DNA from: Cenarchaeum sp. | GTDB lineage: Archaea > Thermoproteota > Nitrososphaeria > Nitrososphaerales > Nitrosopumilaceae | Assembly (NCBI GenBank): GCA_965212015.1 | Contig: OZ243037.1 | Location: 1,536,001-1,600,000, forward strand | Direction: 5' to 3' | DNA length: 64,000 nt | Part shown: one piece after another, positions 37,930-49,000 of the stretch | Layout: every line of letters starts with the position of its first letter | Numbering within the stretch: position 1 is the first letter of the stretch | Program-made: the position numbers and the translations under genes | The notes under the pieces: generated by a model | The model's database searches: none | Told to the model about the DNA's origin: nothing | What the model saw: only the letters and a program-made list of their open reading frames with translations

Positions 37930-39087
37930 ATGCCACAAAACCCTGCTGATGTCAAGAGGGCGATGGAGGCAAAATGGAACAGGTACCTGTCCCGGTACGG
38001 AAACCTCTTTTCATCAGACAGCCTGAGCGGCTCTAGCCCGCCTTCTGTGTTTGTCGGATCATACGACTATCCAAAGGTAAACGTCGGGCCGATGCTCCCC
38101 CCGGTCCACGGGGACACGTCCATCCTTGATGCGCCAGAAAAATGGGCCGGCAAGACGCTCGGCGAGATTGTAAACTTTAGGCTGGGTCTGGTCAGGGGAG
38201 TCCAAAAAATCCCGGCACACAGGCCGGAGGGCCGCTATATCGAGAACCTGCAGGACATGGAAATGTCCTGCCGTCCCGCCGACTCTGACATACAGTTTGA
38301 AAAACCCGCATCCCCCGTGTCGCTAATAGACGGGTATGCCGCCCCGTTTGGGCCGATCGGGCAGATAAAGCGCGCGAAATTCTCAAACCCTCCGGCCGAG
38401 GGCCGGATTGAAAAGGTGTACTATGACAGGGATCTCAGGGCAGACGACGCAGTCCTAAAGCTTTACAACGGCGGAATAGAGATCTCGAAAATCCAGAAAT
38501 GCCTCTCGATTGGAATGATGGGCCGCAAAAGAAGGCTTGTTCCCACCCGCTGGAGCATCACTGCCACTGACGACATTGTATCAAGATCGCTAATTGACGG
38601 CATACTGGATGCGCCGGTAATCGACTCGCACAGGGTCTTTTTTTTCGGGCACCTGGGAAACCTGTTCTCGGTGGTGCTGTTTCCGCACAGGTGGATTTAC
38701 GAGATGATTGAGGCGTGGTATTCTGACGGGGTTCCCGGTTTTGGCTCTGATCACGAGGATTCGCGGGGAATGAACCACACGCCTGCAATTGCGGGGGCCT
38801 ATTTTGCAGCAAAGCTGGCAGTCGGGGAGTATCTTGCAGAAAACAAGATACAGGCAGGCGTGCTGGTGCTGCGCGAGATACGCCCCGAATACGCAGTCCC
38901 GGTGGGGGTCTGGCAGATAAGGGAGGGAGTCCGGCAGGCAATGCGGCAGGCGCCTGCGATTAAAGACGACATGGAGCACAGCCTTGATGCGGCATGCAGG
39001 CATTTGGGCATCTCAAAGAACGAGTGGCTCTCGCACGGCGTGATTCTCAGGATGATGAGGCAAAAGACAATCACGGATTTTTTCTAG
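37930..39087 (+). CDS. nreA: Nre family DNA repair protein (PCNA-interacting)
   Basis: SPPSVFVG, LVPTRWSITATD, PVGVWQIRE, C-terminal PIP box QKTITDFF. Confidence 0.92.
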   Translation: MPQNPADVKRAMEAKWNRYLSRYGNLFSSDSLSGSSPPSVFVGSYDYPKVNVGPMLPPVHGDTSILDAPEKWAGKTLGEIVNFRLGLVRGVQKIPAHRPEGRYIENLQDMEMSCRPADSDIQFEKPASPVSLIDGYAAPFGPIGQIKRAKFSNPPAEGRIEKVYYDRDLRADDAVLKLYNGGIEISKIQKCLSIGMMGRKRRLVPTRWSITATDDIVSRSLIDGILDAPVIDSHRVFFFGHLGNLFSVVLFPHRWIYEMIEAWYSDGVPGFGSDHEDSRGMNHTPAIAGAYFAAKLAVGEYLAENKIQAGVLVLREIRPEYAVPVGVWQIREGVRQAMRQAPAIKDDMEHSLDAACRHLGISKNEWLSHGVILRMMRQKTITDFF

Positions 39088-39109
39088 AATCTGCAGCCGT
39101 CTGCGCGTA

Positions 39110-39694
39110 TCACGTCAGGACGGCCTCTCCAAAGTATACCCCAAAGGGCTGGCAGTAGATTACCACCGTATCATACACGTCAGTATCGATGTCGCCCAGG
39201 GGATAGTTCTGGGATCCCACGCTGCCCTTGAGCTTTGCCAGCTGGATTCCCTGGTTTACGTCCCCGCCCTGCGTGACGTATACCCTGAGATCTGGCCCGT
39301 TTGTAACCTCGAAATTCTCAAACCTGAGATACGCGTCGCCCCCCACATCCAGGACCAGCGCGTCGCCGCCGGCACGGTGTCCCGCCAGCCCGTCGAATTG
39401 GCCGGACTTTGGAGTAATCGTCCACGCCTCATCCATCTCCTCTGAGACGGTGCTGGGCAGTTTTGCCGACTCCATTATCTTTTCTTTTTGCTCATCTGAC
39501 ATTGTGTCTACCAGAATCACCCTCGAATCCTCATCCATGCTTGCAAACTTTTCAAGTGTAATGTCTTTTGCCGTGCCCTCTGGCGGAACCGGCAGCTCCT
39601 CGTTTACCTCGGTGTCATAAAACAGCGGACTGGCAAGCGCGCCGCCTACTATGGCTATTGCAACTGCAATGCCGGCTATCACGATCCTGTTCAT
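39110..39694 (-). CDS. DM13 domain membrane-anchored protein
   Basis: N-terminal TM, LRFENF..NGPDLRVY, LKG..G.QNY, VVIYC.PF. Confidence 0.9.
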   Translation of the reverse strand: MNRIVIAGIAVAIAIVGGALASPLFYDTEVNEELPVPPEGTAKDITLEKFASMDEDSRVILVDTMSDEQKEKIMESAKLPSTVSEEMDEAWTITPKSGQFDGLAGHRAGGDALVLDVGGDAYLRFENFEVTNGPDLRVYVTQGGDVNQGIQLAKLKGSVGSQNYPLGDIDTDVYDTVVIYCQPFGVYFGEAVLT

Positions 39695-39802
39695 CTGTAT
39701 GGCCTGTTGCGGCTGCCTATATGTATTAATCCAAACGGGCGGGGCCGTCCCGGTGCCAAACCAAAGCCATGTTATTTATGTCCCGATCCGGCCTGAAAAA
39801 CC

Positions 39803-40723
39803 GTGCAGAACAAAAACCTCTTGGTTGCCATCGCGGTAATCTCCAGCCCCATAGTGTTTGCGCTTGTTGCATACTCGGACTCGTTTAGCCTCAGCTGGAA
39901 TCAGGGGCGCGGCGGGTTTCTGTTCGGCGTCGCATTCATTGTAGCCGAGCTAATCGGGCTGAGGATTGTAATCTCGAGGAGGAGAATCCTTGCCGCCGTC
40001 CCGCTGGCGGCTGCAACTATAGCATACATTGTGGCCATTGAAAACGGGCTGCGGCAGTACATCGAGGCGGGATCAGAGTTTTACAGCGTGCAGCTGGTGT
40101 TTTCGTGGATCTGGCTGTGGGATTTCATCGTCATGACGCTGTTCGTAATCGCCGTACTGAGCATCTATTTTGGCACCAAATGGATAAGAATCGCACCCGC
40201 CGGCCCGATCTTCCTTGGGGGAAGCGCGATAATCCTGTCCCTTGATGCGTTTTTCCCGTACGATTCGCTGGGGCCGCTGCAGTTTTTTGTCCCGTATCTG
40301 GTAGAGCTGAACGTGTGGCTTGTGGGCCTGTTTGATCTAGGGATGGCGACTGCGAGGGACAACCTGATGTTTCTGAGGGGCGACCACGGGCCGTTTGCCC
40401 TGCAGGTATTCTGGCCGTCTGCAGGCGTGCACAGCATAATCATCTATTCGCTAGTCATGATGGCGTTTTTGCTAAAGATGAACATAGCCCGGCCAAGAAA
40501 GCTGGCGTGGTTTGCAATAGGGATCATCGGCACCATAACGGTGAACGTAATCCGGATCTTTTCGCTTTCGTGGTACGCCCTCAAGGTCACAACAGATACG
40601 GCCAAATGGGAAGAGTTCCACTCTGTCGCCGGCGAGATAATGTTCCTGCCGTGGCTGTTCATATTCCTGATGATCGTAATGCTGGTGGAAAGCAGGAGGC
40701 TCCGCCGGCTTGAAAAGGCCTAG
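39803..40723 (+). CDS. Thaumarchaeosortase (exosortase/archaeosortase family)
   Basis: Multi-TM; VFWPSAGVHS, NVIR, EEFH motifs. Confidence 0.88.
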   Translation: MQNKNLLVAIAVISSPIVFALVAYSDSFSLSWNQGRGGFLFGVAFIVAELIGLRIVISRRRILAAVPLAAATIAYIVAIENGLRQYIEAGSEFYSVQLVFSWIWLWDFIVMTLFVIAVLSIYFGTKWIRIAPAGPIFLGGSAIILSLDAFFPYDSLGPLQFFVPYLVELNVWLVGLFDLGMATARDNLMFLRGDHGPFALQVFWPSAGVHSIIIYSLVMMAFLLKMNIARPRKLAWFAIGIIGTITVNVIRIFSLSWYALKVTTDTAKWEEFHSVAGEIMFLPWLFIFLMIVMLVESRRLRRLEKA

Positions 40724-41811
40724 CCGATGTAATCGTCCATCATGCTCTGGCCGCTGATATCTGACAGCTCAGACACCTTGACGCCCAGCCTGCGAACGGT
40801 CTTTTTTTGATCCTCGAGGGCCTCCAGGAGCAGCTGCTGCGCGTTTTTTTCAAGCTCTGCAAGACTCAAAGTCGGGTTTCGCAGCATCCTGGATCTGGAC
40901 CTTTGGGACAGATCAGAGTGGACAAACTGTATGCCGACTGACTTGTAGCGGCTATTGTTCTTTAAAATGATCTTGTGCAGCTCTGCGCATATCCTCACAA
41001 TGTTTTCTGCGAGGAATTCCGGCTCGTCTGAATCCCTCTTTAGCGTGACTATCTTGCTGTACTGTACGTTTGGCTCTTTTTCTGCGACGGGTTCCTCGTT
41101 GATTCCCCTGGCGGATCTGTGTATGTACGTGCCGGTCTTTCTTCCAAACATCTGCTGCAGTGCAAAGACGTCAAGGGACTGCAAGTCAGGTACGGTCTTG
41201 AGGCCCATCTCTGCAAAGATCTTTTCGGTCTTTTTTCCGATTCCCGGAATGTCCCTGATGTTCAGGGATTCCAGAAACGATCCGGTTTTATCCTGCGGCA
41301 CTACTGTCAGCCCGTCTGGTTTTTTATAGTCCGATGCGATTTTTGAGAGCAGCTTGTTGGGGGTGACGCCGACAGAGCAGGTAAGCCTTGTCTTGTCCCT
41401 TATGGCGTTTTTGATCTGCTGCGCCAGGTGAGCTGCCCTGTCATAGCCGCCGCCGGTCCTTTCTGTGACGTCCAGATACGCCTCGTCCCTGCCGACGTAC
41501 TCAAAGATGTCTGCAAATTCCGCCATGACGTCCATGGCCTTTTGCGACATGTCCGAGTAATAGCCAAAATCGGTGGGCAAAAACACCGTGCCCTCCTCCT
41601 GCATGCCCCTTGCAGTGCGTATCGGCATGCCGGATTTTATGCCGGACTTTCTTGCGGTATAGTTTGCAGTTGCGACTGCCCCGCTGTCGTTGCCCCTGTC
41701 TGAGAACACGCAGACCGCTATGGGCTTTGACTTTAGCTCCGGCCTGCGGATCTCCTCGCACTGGGCGTAAAAATAGTCGAAATCAACGTGAAGTATTATC
41801 CGGCCTCCCAT
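40720..41811 (-). CDS. dinB: DNA polymerase IV (Y family)
   Basis: HVDFDYFYAQ, ANY.AR, DEAYLD, KIASD..KPDG, PIP-like tail. Confidence 0.96.
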   Translation of the reverse strand: MGGRIILHVDFDYFYAQCEEIRRPELKSKPIAVCVFSDRGNDSGAVATANYTARKSGIKSGMPIRTARGMQEEGTVFLPTDFGYYSDMSQKAMDVMAEFADIFEYVGRDEAYLDVTERTGGGYDRAAHLAQQIKNAIRDKTRLTCSVGVTPNKLLSKIASDYKKPDGLTVVPQDKTGSFLESLNIRDIPGIGKKTEKIFAEMGLKTVPDLQSLDVFALQQMFGRKTGTYIHRSARGINEEPVAEKEPNVQYSKIVTLKRDSDEPEFLAENIVRICAELHKIILKNNSRYKSVGIQFVHSDLSQRSRSRMLRNPTLSLAELEKNAQQLLLEALEDQKKTVRRLGVKVSELSDISGQSMMDDYIG

Positions 41812-41901
41812 GATCCGTGTCAGTCAAAATGCCTTTTATAACATTCGAGCTGCGGCGCGATGTGAGGTTACTCTAAATACGACGCACGGCCTGCAGCCAT
41901 T

Positions 41902-42147
41902 ATGGTGTATCCCCTGGTCGCAAACGACGACGGCATCAAGATGATGCCCGAGCACATGGAGGATGAAAAACTGTACCACTGCATCTTTGGGAAAAAGGTA
42001 ATGCTGCTGTACAGGGACAACCAGCAGGTCCTTCACTGCTACGAGATAGAAGAGAAGAATCTAGTAGAACAGATAAGGCAGTGCGGCGACAATGAGATGA
42101 TTGCGAAAATTCTGGAGGATTACATTGCCGACCGGAATCTGAAATAA
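41902..42147 (+). CDS. Small hypothetical protein
   Basis: 81-aa ORF with core codon use, divergent from dinB. Confidence 0.7.
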   Translation: MVYPLVANDDGIKMMPEHMEDEKLYHCIFGKKVMLLYRDNQQVLHCYEIEEKNLVEQIRQCGDNEMIAKILEDYIADRNLK

Positions 42148-42187
42148 TTAAATAAAAGAGCGATTTTATGAGCCTAGGAATGACGAT

Positions 42188-42907
42188 TTGAGCGAAAACA
42201 AAAAGCAGACAGATGCCGAGGACATTCTGTCAGAGTTTCAACAGGCCAGGGAACAGCAGACCGAACCGGAACCCGCAGCCGACCCCGCACAACAGGCAAC
42301 GGATTCACAGGACAAACCCGCAGAGGCTGACTCGCAGGGAGAGCCGGCAGCCGACCCCGCACAACAGGCAGAAAACACACAGGACGCAGAATCGGCAGCC
42401 GACCCCGCACAACAGGCAGAAAACACACAGGACGCAGAATCGGCAGCCGACCCCGCACAACAGGCAAAAGTTTCTCAGGACAAGCCTGCAGAGTCAGCGG
42501 CTGATCCTATACAACAGGCAACGGATTCGCAGGACAAACCCGCAGAATCGGCAGCCGACCCCGCACAACAGGCAAAAGTTTCTCAGGACAAGCCTGCAGA
42601 GTCAGACCAGAAAACAACACAAAACAGCTCCGTGCCGGAGCGGAACATAATCTTTGTTGGAACAAAGCCCATCATGGCGTACGTTACTGCTACACTGACA
42701 CAGCTTGCAAGCCATCCGATCATTACGATCAAGGCAAGGGGCAAGCGCATTACCCAGGCGGTGGATATATCACAGATAATTGTAAAGAGAATCGGCACCG
42801 TGGGATTCATTGTCGGAGACATCCGGATATCCTCTGATGCGCTAGAGTCCCAGGATGGAAAGACGCGCAATGTCTCCACCATAGAAATAGATGTCACGAA
42901 AAACTAG
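42188..42907 (+). CDS. Alba DNA/RNA-binding protein with acidic repeat N-terminal extension
   Basis: C-terminal IFVGTKPIMAY, IKARG..I..AVD, RNVSTIEI. Confidence 0.9.
   Translation: MSENKKQTDAEDILSEFQQAREQQTEPEPAADPAQQATDSQDKPAEADSQGEPAADPAQQAENTQDAESAADPAQQAENTQDAESAADPAQQAKVSQDKPAESAADPIQQATDSQDKPAESAADPAQQAKVSQDKPAESDQKTTQNSSVPERNIIFVGTKPIMAYVTATLTQLASHPIITIKARGKRITQAVDISQIIVKRIGTVGFIVGDIRISSDALESQDGKTRNVSTIEIDVTKN
42275..42604 (+). repeat. Intragenic tandem repeat, 6 x AADP(A/I)QQA-containing units
   Basis: GCAGCCGACCCCGCACAACAGGCA core recurring in frame at 48-72 nt spacing. Confidence 0.9.
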
Positions 42908-43112
42908 GCTAGTTGCGATAACCGTGCCGCTAATCGGAATCGTCCTTCTGCTGGCGCTGGGATCCTGCGGCGTGGATTATGTGGCGATAGCCGGCGATAT
43001 TGCAAGATACGGCGAGACTCTGGATCCAGAGTTCTGCGAGTCGATAGTGCACAGGATTGGACAATACAACCAAGAATGCCCCCTGCGGTTTGAAATTCTG
43101 GACTGCGGCTAG
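42891..43112 (+). CDS. Small membrane-anchored Cys-containing protein
   Basis: N-terminal TM, four Cys, ends ILDCG. Confidence 0.65.
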   Translation: MSRKTRLVAITVPLIGIVLLLALGSCGVDYVAIAGDIARYGETLDPEFCESIVHRIGQYNQECPLRFEILDCG

Positions 43113-43114
43113 AC

Positions 43115-43825
43115 TTACTGGTACATGCCGTCTGTGAGGCGCTTTGTCTCCTCCTTTGTCTCTTTTATTACGACGTCAATCTTTTCTGCCTCCTTTTGCA
43201 GCGCAGGTATGTCGCATGTGGCCCCGGGGACCAGCTTTGCCATCGCAGTGCACAGGTCCACGCTGGATTTAAAGTCCGGTCCTGCGCGGTGCGGATTAAA
43301 CAGCACCACGATGACGTCCTGATCGTTTGTCATGCCCCGGTTTAGCATGGCCCCCGGAATGCCCGGAATCGTACCGTGCTCCAAAACGCGCATTCCGCAC
43401 TCTTTTATCTTTGCCCTTGCCGCATCCGTGCTTCCGACGGCAACAGTATCGGTGATTTCGGCCTTTATGGCGGCGCTGCTTATCACGTATGACACGCCGT
43501 GTTTTTGCGCCCACTCTAGCATTGTCTTTGCCATCGTCTTTTGCATCGGCTCATTTAGCGTAAGATACGACGAAAAGACGCCCACGTTTAGCTCATTGTT
43601 GACGTATACGTTAGTCGGATAATTCGGCCTGCCGTTTCTGACCAGGCTGACTGCGGGAAACTTGTTCGAGTCTACAAACCCGGCAAGCTCAAACTGCGTG
43701 GTGTGTATCAGCGATTCGGCGGCTATCGCACTGGTGTATCCCACGGAGGGAAACCCGTCTATGAGATATCCGCCCTTGATGCTAATGGGCCTAAGCTCAG
43801 TTATCCTGAATTGATGCGGAATCAT
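43115..43825 (-). CDS. Proteasome assembly chaperone (PAC2) family
   Basis: LIDGFPSVG..SAIA, G.IPG.ML, PD, C-terminal GMYQ (HbYX-like). Confidence 0.88.
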   Translation of the reverse strand: MIPHQFRITELRPISIKGGYLIDGFPSVGYTSAIAAESLIHTTQFELAGFVDSNKFPAVSLVRNGRPNYPTNVYVNNELNVGVFSSYLTLNEPMQKTMAKTMLEWAQKHGVSYVISSAAIKAEITDTVAVGSTDAARAKIKECGMRVLEHGTIPGIPGAMLNRGMTNDQDVIVVLFNPHRAGPDFKSSVDLCTAMAKLVPGATCDIPALQKEAEKIDVVIKETKEETKRLTDGMYQ

Positions 43826-43859
43826 GTAATGCCTCGCCTGACTGGCAGCTAGCCCACAT

Positions 43860-44801
43860 TTATTTTGAAAGCCTTGAGAGCAGCGCCGCATATAAGAAGG
43901 GAAGCACAGTCGTGGCCTCTGCGTGGAGCGTGGCCTGTTTTGCCTTTTGGGTGACTTTGCCCCACGATACTGCCTCCCGGACAAGCGCGCCGCTGAGGCT
44001 CCCGTCGAACTCTTGGGCAGTGGTGATATACAGGGCATAGTCTAGCCCCCCGCGATACTGGTTCCACCACAGCGTGTGGTGCTTTGATATCCCGCCCCCG
44101 ATCATCAGCGCGCCTGACCTTTCTGCCTTGAAGATCAAGCCGGACAGGAGGTCTGCATCGCGTGTGAGGCTCAGCTTAAAGTCGGCGTGCTTTTGCGCAA
44201 ACATCCACACCTGGCTTCCGACTGCGCCGTCCATTATTCCGGGAACTATTACGGGCACGCCGTTTTTCTCAGCCCAGCTTAGAAACGACTCGTCCCCCAG
44301 ATGCCTTCCGATCATGCCGGCAATGTCTGCTGTAGACATTTCCCGTACTCCCGACTTGTATTCCTCCTCCAAAAACGCCTGCATCTTTTGCTCGATGAGC
44401 GGGCCATAGCTGTCCATCGGAACCAGTATGTTTCCCAGCCTGTGTATGTTTTGGTCTGCAAGCTCGCAGTCATCCATCGTAAAGGAGCCCTCCTTGTAAT
44501 CGGAATAAAACCTTGCAATGTCGTGATCCAGCGCGCCACAGGTGGTAATCACGGCATCGAACATTCTGTTTTTTATCATGTCTTTGATTATTCCGCGCAG
44601 TCCGGTGGAGACGACTGCCCCGACAAACGACACGAACCTCAAACACTTTTTGTCAGAGACCATGGAATGCAGTATGTCCAGGCCCTCTGCCATGTTTTTT
44701 GATTCAAACCCGCCTGATTTGGACAGCTCGTCGAAAATCCGCTCCACGCTCGTGTCCCCGTCTATCCTGATGTCCCTTACCGCATTTCCCGGCTTGATCA
44801 T
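43860..44801 (-). CDS. dys: Deoxyhypusine synthase
   Basis: STGLRG, IHRLGN, GGGISKHH, DGSLSGA..EAVSWGK. Confidence 0.96.
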   Translation of the reverse strand: MIKPGNAVRDIRIDGDTSVERIFDELSKSGGFESKNMAEGLDILHSMVSDKKCLRFVSFVGAVVSTGLRGIIKDMIKNRMFDAVITTCGALDHDIARFYSDYKEGSFTMDDCELADQNIHRLGNILVPMDSYGPLIEQKMQAFLEEEYKSGVREMSTADIAGMIGRHLGDESFLSWAEKNGVPVIVPGIMDGAVGSQVWMFAQKHADFKLSLTRDADLLSGLIFKAERSGALMIGGGISKHHTLWWNQYRGGLDYALYITTAQEFDGSLSGALVREAVSWGKVTQKAKQATLHAEATTVLPFLYAALLSRLSK

Positions 44802-44900
44802 GTGAAAAAAACTTGGCATACGGCTATAAAACCCTGTCTTACTTGTCGGCGATTATTTTCTAGCAAAGCTTTAAACCCTTTTGGTAAGGACAGACTATGA

Positions 44901-46037
44901 ATGGCTGCAAGGATAAAGGTCGGTCTGGTGGGGATAGGCAACTGTTTTTCCGGCCTGATTCAGGGAATAGAGTACTATCGGAAAAACCCCTCGCAGCAAG
45001 TCATCGGCATAATCCACGACAAGCTGCGCGATTACGGAATTTATGACATTGACTTTGTCTGCGGCTTTGATGTGGCAGAAAACAAGATTGGCAAGCCGAT
45101 CAACGAGGCGATATACGAATACCCCAACATGGTCGACTGGATTTCAAAAGGCGACATGCCGGAGACTGGCGCCCTGGTGTATGAGGGCCCCGCGCTAGAC
45201 GGCGTGGGACTGTGGGTCCAAAACAGGGTAAAGCCGATTTCAAGCACAAAGACAAACGAGGATCTCGCCGCAGAGGCCAAGAAAATCATGAGGGACGCAG
45301 GCGTGGAGATTCTAGTCTCGTACCTTCCCGTGGGCTCCGAGCAGGCGACGCAGTTCTGGGCGCAGATCTGCCTTGATACCGGCACGGCGTTTGTAAACTG
45401 CATCCCGTCTTTTATCGCCTCAAGCGAGGAATGGAGCAAAAAATTCGAGCAAAAAAACATACCCGTAATCGGCGACGACATAAAGGGGCAGGTCGGCGCG
45501 ACCATAGTCCACAGGACCCTGGCACGGCTGTGCAACGACCGGGGCACCAAGATCGAAAAGACGTACCAGATCAACGTCGGCGGAAACACCGACTTTCTGA
45601 ACATGAAGGAGCAGGAACGGCTGGTAAGCAAGAGGATATCAAAGACCGAAAGCGTGCAAAGCCAGCTCGACGAGAGGCTTGATGACGATCAAATCTATGT
45701 GGGGCCGTCTGATTTCATCCCGTTTCTGGGAAATACAAAGCTCATGTTTATGAGAATCGAGGGGCGCCAGTGGGCAAACATCCCGTACAACATGGAGGTG
45801 AGGCTGGACGTCGACGACAAGGCAAACTCTGCCGGAATCGTAATTGACGCAATAAGGCTGGCAAAGATCGCCCTGGATGACGGGATTGGCGGCTCGATAA
45901 TACCTGCCAGCGCGTATCTTATGAAGCACCCGATACTACAAATGACTGATCCCCTTGCAAAGCAGGCGTGCGAGGATTTTGTCGACGGCGGGACGCAGGA
46001 CCCCAGTCGTGGCACAAGCCAAGTCCATAGAAAATAA
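44901..46037 (+). CDS. ino1: Myo-inositol-1-phosphate synthase
   Basis: GIGNC, SYLPVGS, GDDIKGQVGAT, GGNTDFLNM, NSAG. Confidence 0.96.
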   Translation: MAARIKVGLVGIGNCFSGLIQGIEYYRKNPSQQVIGIIHDKLRDYGIYDIDFVCGFDVAENKIGKPINEAIYEYPNMVDWISKGDMPETGALVYEGPALDGVGLWVQNRVKPISSTKTNEDLAAEAKKIMRDAGVEILVSYLPVGSEQATQFWAQICLDTGTAFVNCIPSFIASSEEWSKKFEQKNIPVIGDDIKGQVGATIVHRTLARLCNDRGTKIEKTYQINVGGNTDFLNMKEQERLVSKRISKTESVQSQLDERLDDDQIYVGPSDFIPFLGNTKLMFMRIEGRQWANIPYNMEVRLDVDDKANSAGIVIDAIRLAKIALDDGIGGSIIPASAYLMKHPILQMTDPLAKQACEDFVDGGTQDPSRGTSQVHRK

Positions 46038-46099
46038 ACCGTCTTGTCAACTAAACTTGTTAGTAATCGATTATCCTGTATGGGTGCGCAGGATTACAC

Positions 46100-49000
46100 A
46101 TGGTTCACATTAACAAAGTCGAGATCTTTGGATTCAAGTCGTTTGGCTTTAAGAACACCATAGTGGATTTCAAGCAGGGGCTGGTCTCGATCTCGGGGCC
46201 GAACGGATCCGGCAAAAGCAACATACTGGATGCGATAATCTTTGCAATGGGGGAGAACCGCCCAAAGACGATGCGGGTGGACAAGCTGAGATCCCTGCTG
46301 CACGACATAGAGGGCTCCAGAAGGGGGCCCAAGCTGACGCGCGTCAGCGTGCATTTTGACAATTCAGACAGAAAGATACCTGTGGACTCTGACGCAGTGG
46401 AGATTACGCGGGAGCTAGACGGCGGCGGCGATAACACCTATTTTCTCAACAAGAAAAAGACCAACCGGGGCCACATTTTGGATCTGCTCGACATGGCAAA
46501 CGCCGGCCTGCACCAGCTAAACGCAGTCCAGCAGGGGACAGTCACCCGAATATCGGAATTCTCGCCTGAGGAAAAGCGCGAGGCCATAGAAAACCTGATA
46601 GGGCTGTCGTATTTCGACGAAAAAAAGACAGAGTCCGAAAAGCAGCTCAGCGATGCGGACAGGAGGCTGGAGATTGCGCTGGCCACGATGGATGAGATCA
46701 AAAAGCGCATAGACGAGCTAGAAGAGGAGAGAAACCTCAAGCTCCGCCACGACGTCCTTGAGCGGGAGCTAAACCGGCTCAATGCGATATCGGCCTCTGG
46801 CAAGCTCAAGGTGATAACAAGGCAAAAGGAGGAAAAGGACGCAGAGCTGGGCTCGCTGAGCTCAGAGACTAGGGAGCTTGAGGAGCGGCGCGGCGTCATC
46901 AAGGCGGAGATTGGCGCAATCGAGGGGGAAAAATCGGCGTTTCTGGACAATGTAAACGAGTTCAACCAGGCAAAACTCACCATCGATACCGAGCTGAGCT
47001 CCGAGATGCGCGGCTTTGAGGAGGCCAATACGGGAATTCTTGCGGCCAAAAAACACATAGGGCAGATGGAGTCCCAGATTCCGAGGATCAAACAGGATAT
47101 TCTGGACATCCGGGATGCCGGCGGCGCAAATGCCGCCAGCATTGGCAAGCTCAGATCAGAGCTGGAGAAATTCGATGCGCAAAAACAGCAGGCCGGCGAG
47201 GAGATAAGGGGGATAAACTCTGCGCGCGATGCGGTGCTAAAACAGCAGACTGACATTCTAAAAAGAAAGTCGAGCTTTGATGCAAAAATAAAAGAGCTGA
47301 CCCTGCAGTTCAACGATTCCCAGCTAAAGCTGTCGCAGTTCAGGTCCGCACAGTCGGACATTGGCGGAAAACTGGAAACCAACTCTTCAAAGCACGGCGA
47401 TTACGAACAGGACGCCGCAAAACTCTCAAAGCTGCACGAAGAGCTAGAGTCCGTGTCTGCGAACCACCAAAGGTCGGTCTCTGAGATAAAGTCAATCCTC
47501 TCAAACCTGAATGCGAAAAAGACGAAAATCCAGGGCGACATTGAGGATCTCGGAATGATGCTGGAAAAGTCAAGCAAGGCGGGAAACCAGTACGATGCAA
47601 AGATAAAGATGGTAAAGGGAATGATGCACGAGGATTATTCTGCGGCAAAGCTAAAACAAAACGCAGGCGAGCTTGGAATCATGGGGCTGGTCTATGAGCT
47701 GATCTCGTGGGACAAGAAATACGAGAGGGCGGTGCTGGCAGTGGGCTCTGACTGGGTAAAGGCAACGGTGGTGCAGGACTTTGCTGCACTGGTAAGCCTG
47801 GCAGAGTATGTGAGATACAAGAACCTTCCCAAGCTCAAGATAATCCCGCTTGATGCGATTCCAAAGCTAAGGCTGGAGCCGCCCAACCACAAGGGCGTCG
47901 TGGGCATACTGTCTGACTATGTAAAGTGCGACAGGAAATACGCCGCGCTAAAGACGTTTCTGTTTGGCAGCGTGGTGCTTGTCGACTCGAAGGAATCGGC
48001 CCACGAGATATCAAAGTCCGGGTACAGGGCGGCCACCCTTGAGGGCGAGTTCTTTGAGTCCAAGGCCACAGTAGTGGTAATCGACATCAATTCCAAGATA
48101 TCAAAGCTGACAAAGATCATCTCGATGAGCACCTCAGTTGACGGGCTTTTGGCCTCAATCACCCTTTTAAGAAAGTACATGCAGCGAAAAAAGCACTCGC
48201 TGGCAAAGCTGGAGGCGGGAATCCAGGGCTACCGGGATCGGCTCCAGGTCTCTGAGACGGGGCTGGCCACTAGCAGCCAGGCCTGCGGCGATCTGAGGCT
48301 GCAGATAAGGGGCAAATCAAGGATACAGACGGATCTAGCGGCAAGGCTCTCTATTCTTGCAAAACAAAGAGAAGAAACGTCCACCAAGATTGCAAAGCAA
48401 GAGTCTCTAGTGTCCTCCCTGCGCGAGAGGATTTCGCTGACCCGGGAAAACTATTCTGACGGCGAGCTTGGGCGGATTGCAGGCGAGCTTGACATGATAA
48501 ACTCCCAGAAATCACAGCTGGAGATAAAACAGGCAGACGTCCTAAGCGACTTTCAGGACAAGCACTCCCAGATAGCGGAGCTTGAGGCCCGAAACATCAG
48601 GGACAGCACTGCCATCCAAAACCTCAACGACGACAGGGACAGGCTGATTGCCCAAAAGTCAGAGACGGAACGCAGGATTACAGACTTGGAAAAGACGCGC
48701 GGGGAGAAGAACCAGAACCTGGTGCGGCTCAGGCAAAAAGAGCAGGAGCTCATCTCGACGTCGGGAACGTCCGTCTCCAAGGTAAACGAGTTCGACGGCC
48801 GGCTCGCGGATCTAGTCGACCAGGAAAAGGCGCTGACAAAAAAGATCGGCCAGCTGGAGCGGCAGACATACTCGCTTTCGCGCGACTTGCAGGACCTCGC
48901 CCAGAGCAGGGCGGAGATTCAAAAGATGCTTGCAAAGTTCGGGTACAGCGGTAATGTTGACGACTTTGATGTGGAGCCGATCCTGCGCGCCCTGGATGCG

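Noticed and set aside
42275-42604. Regularly spaced 24-bp direct repeats resembling a CRISPR array
   Set aside because: The spacers are themselves repeated, spacing is a multiple of 3, the array lies inside the Alba ORF, and there are no cas genes in the window.
46438-47382. 314-aa Ser-rich minus-strand ORF and many similar antisense ORFs
   Set aside because: Shadows of smc and other well-supported genes caused by codon bias.
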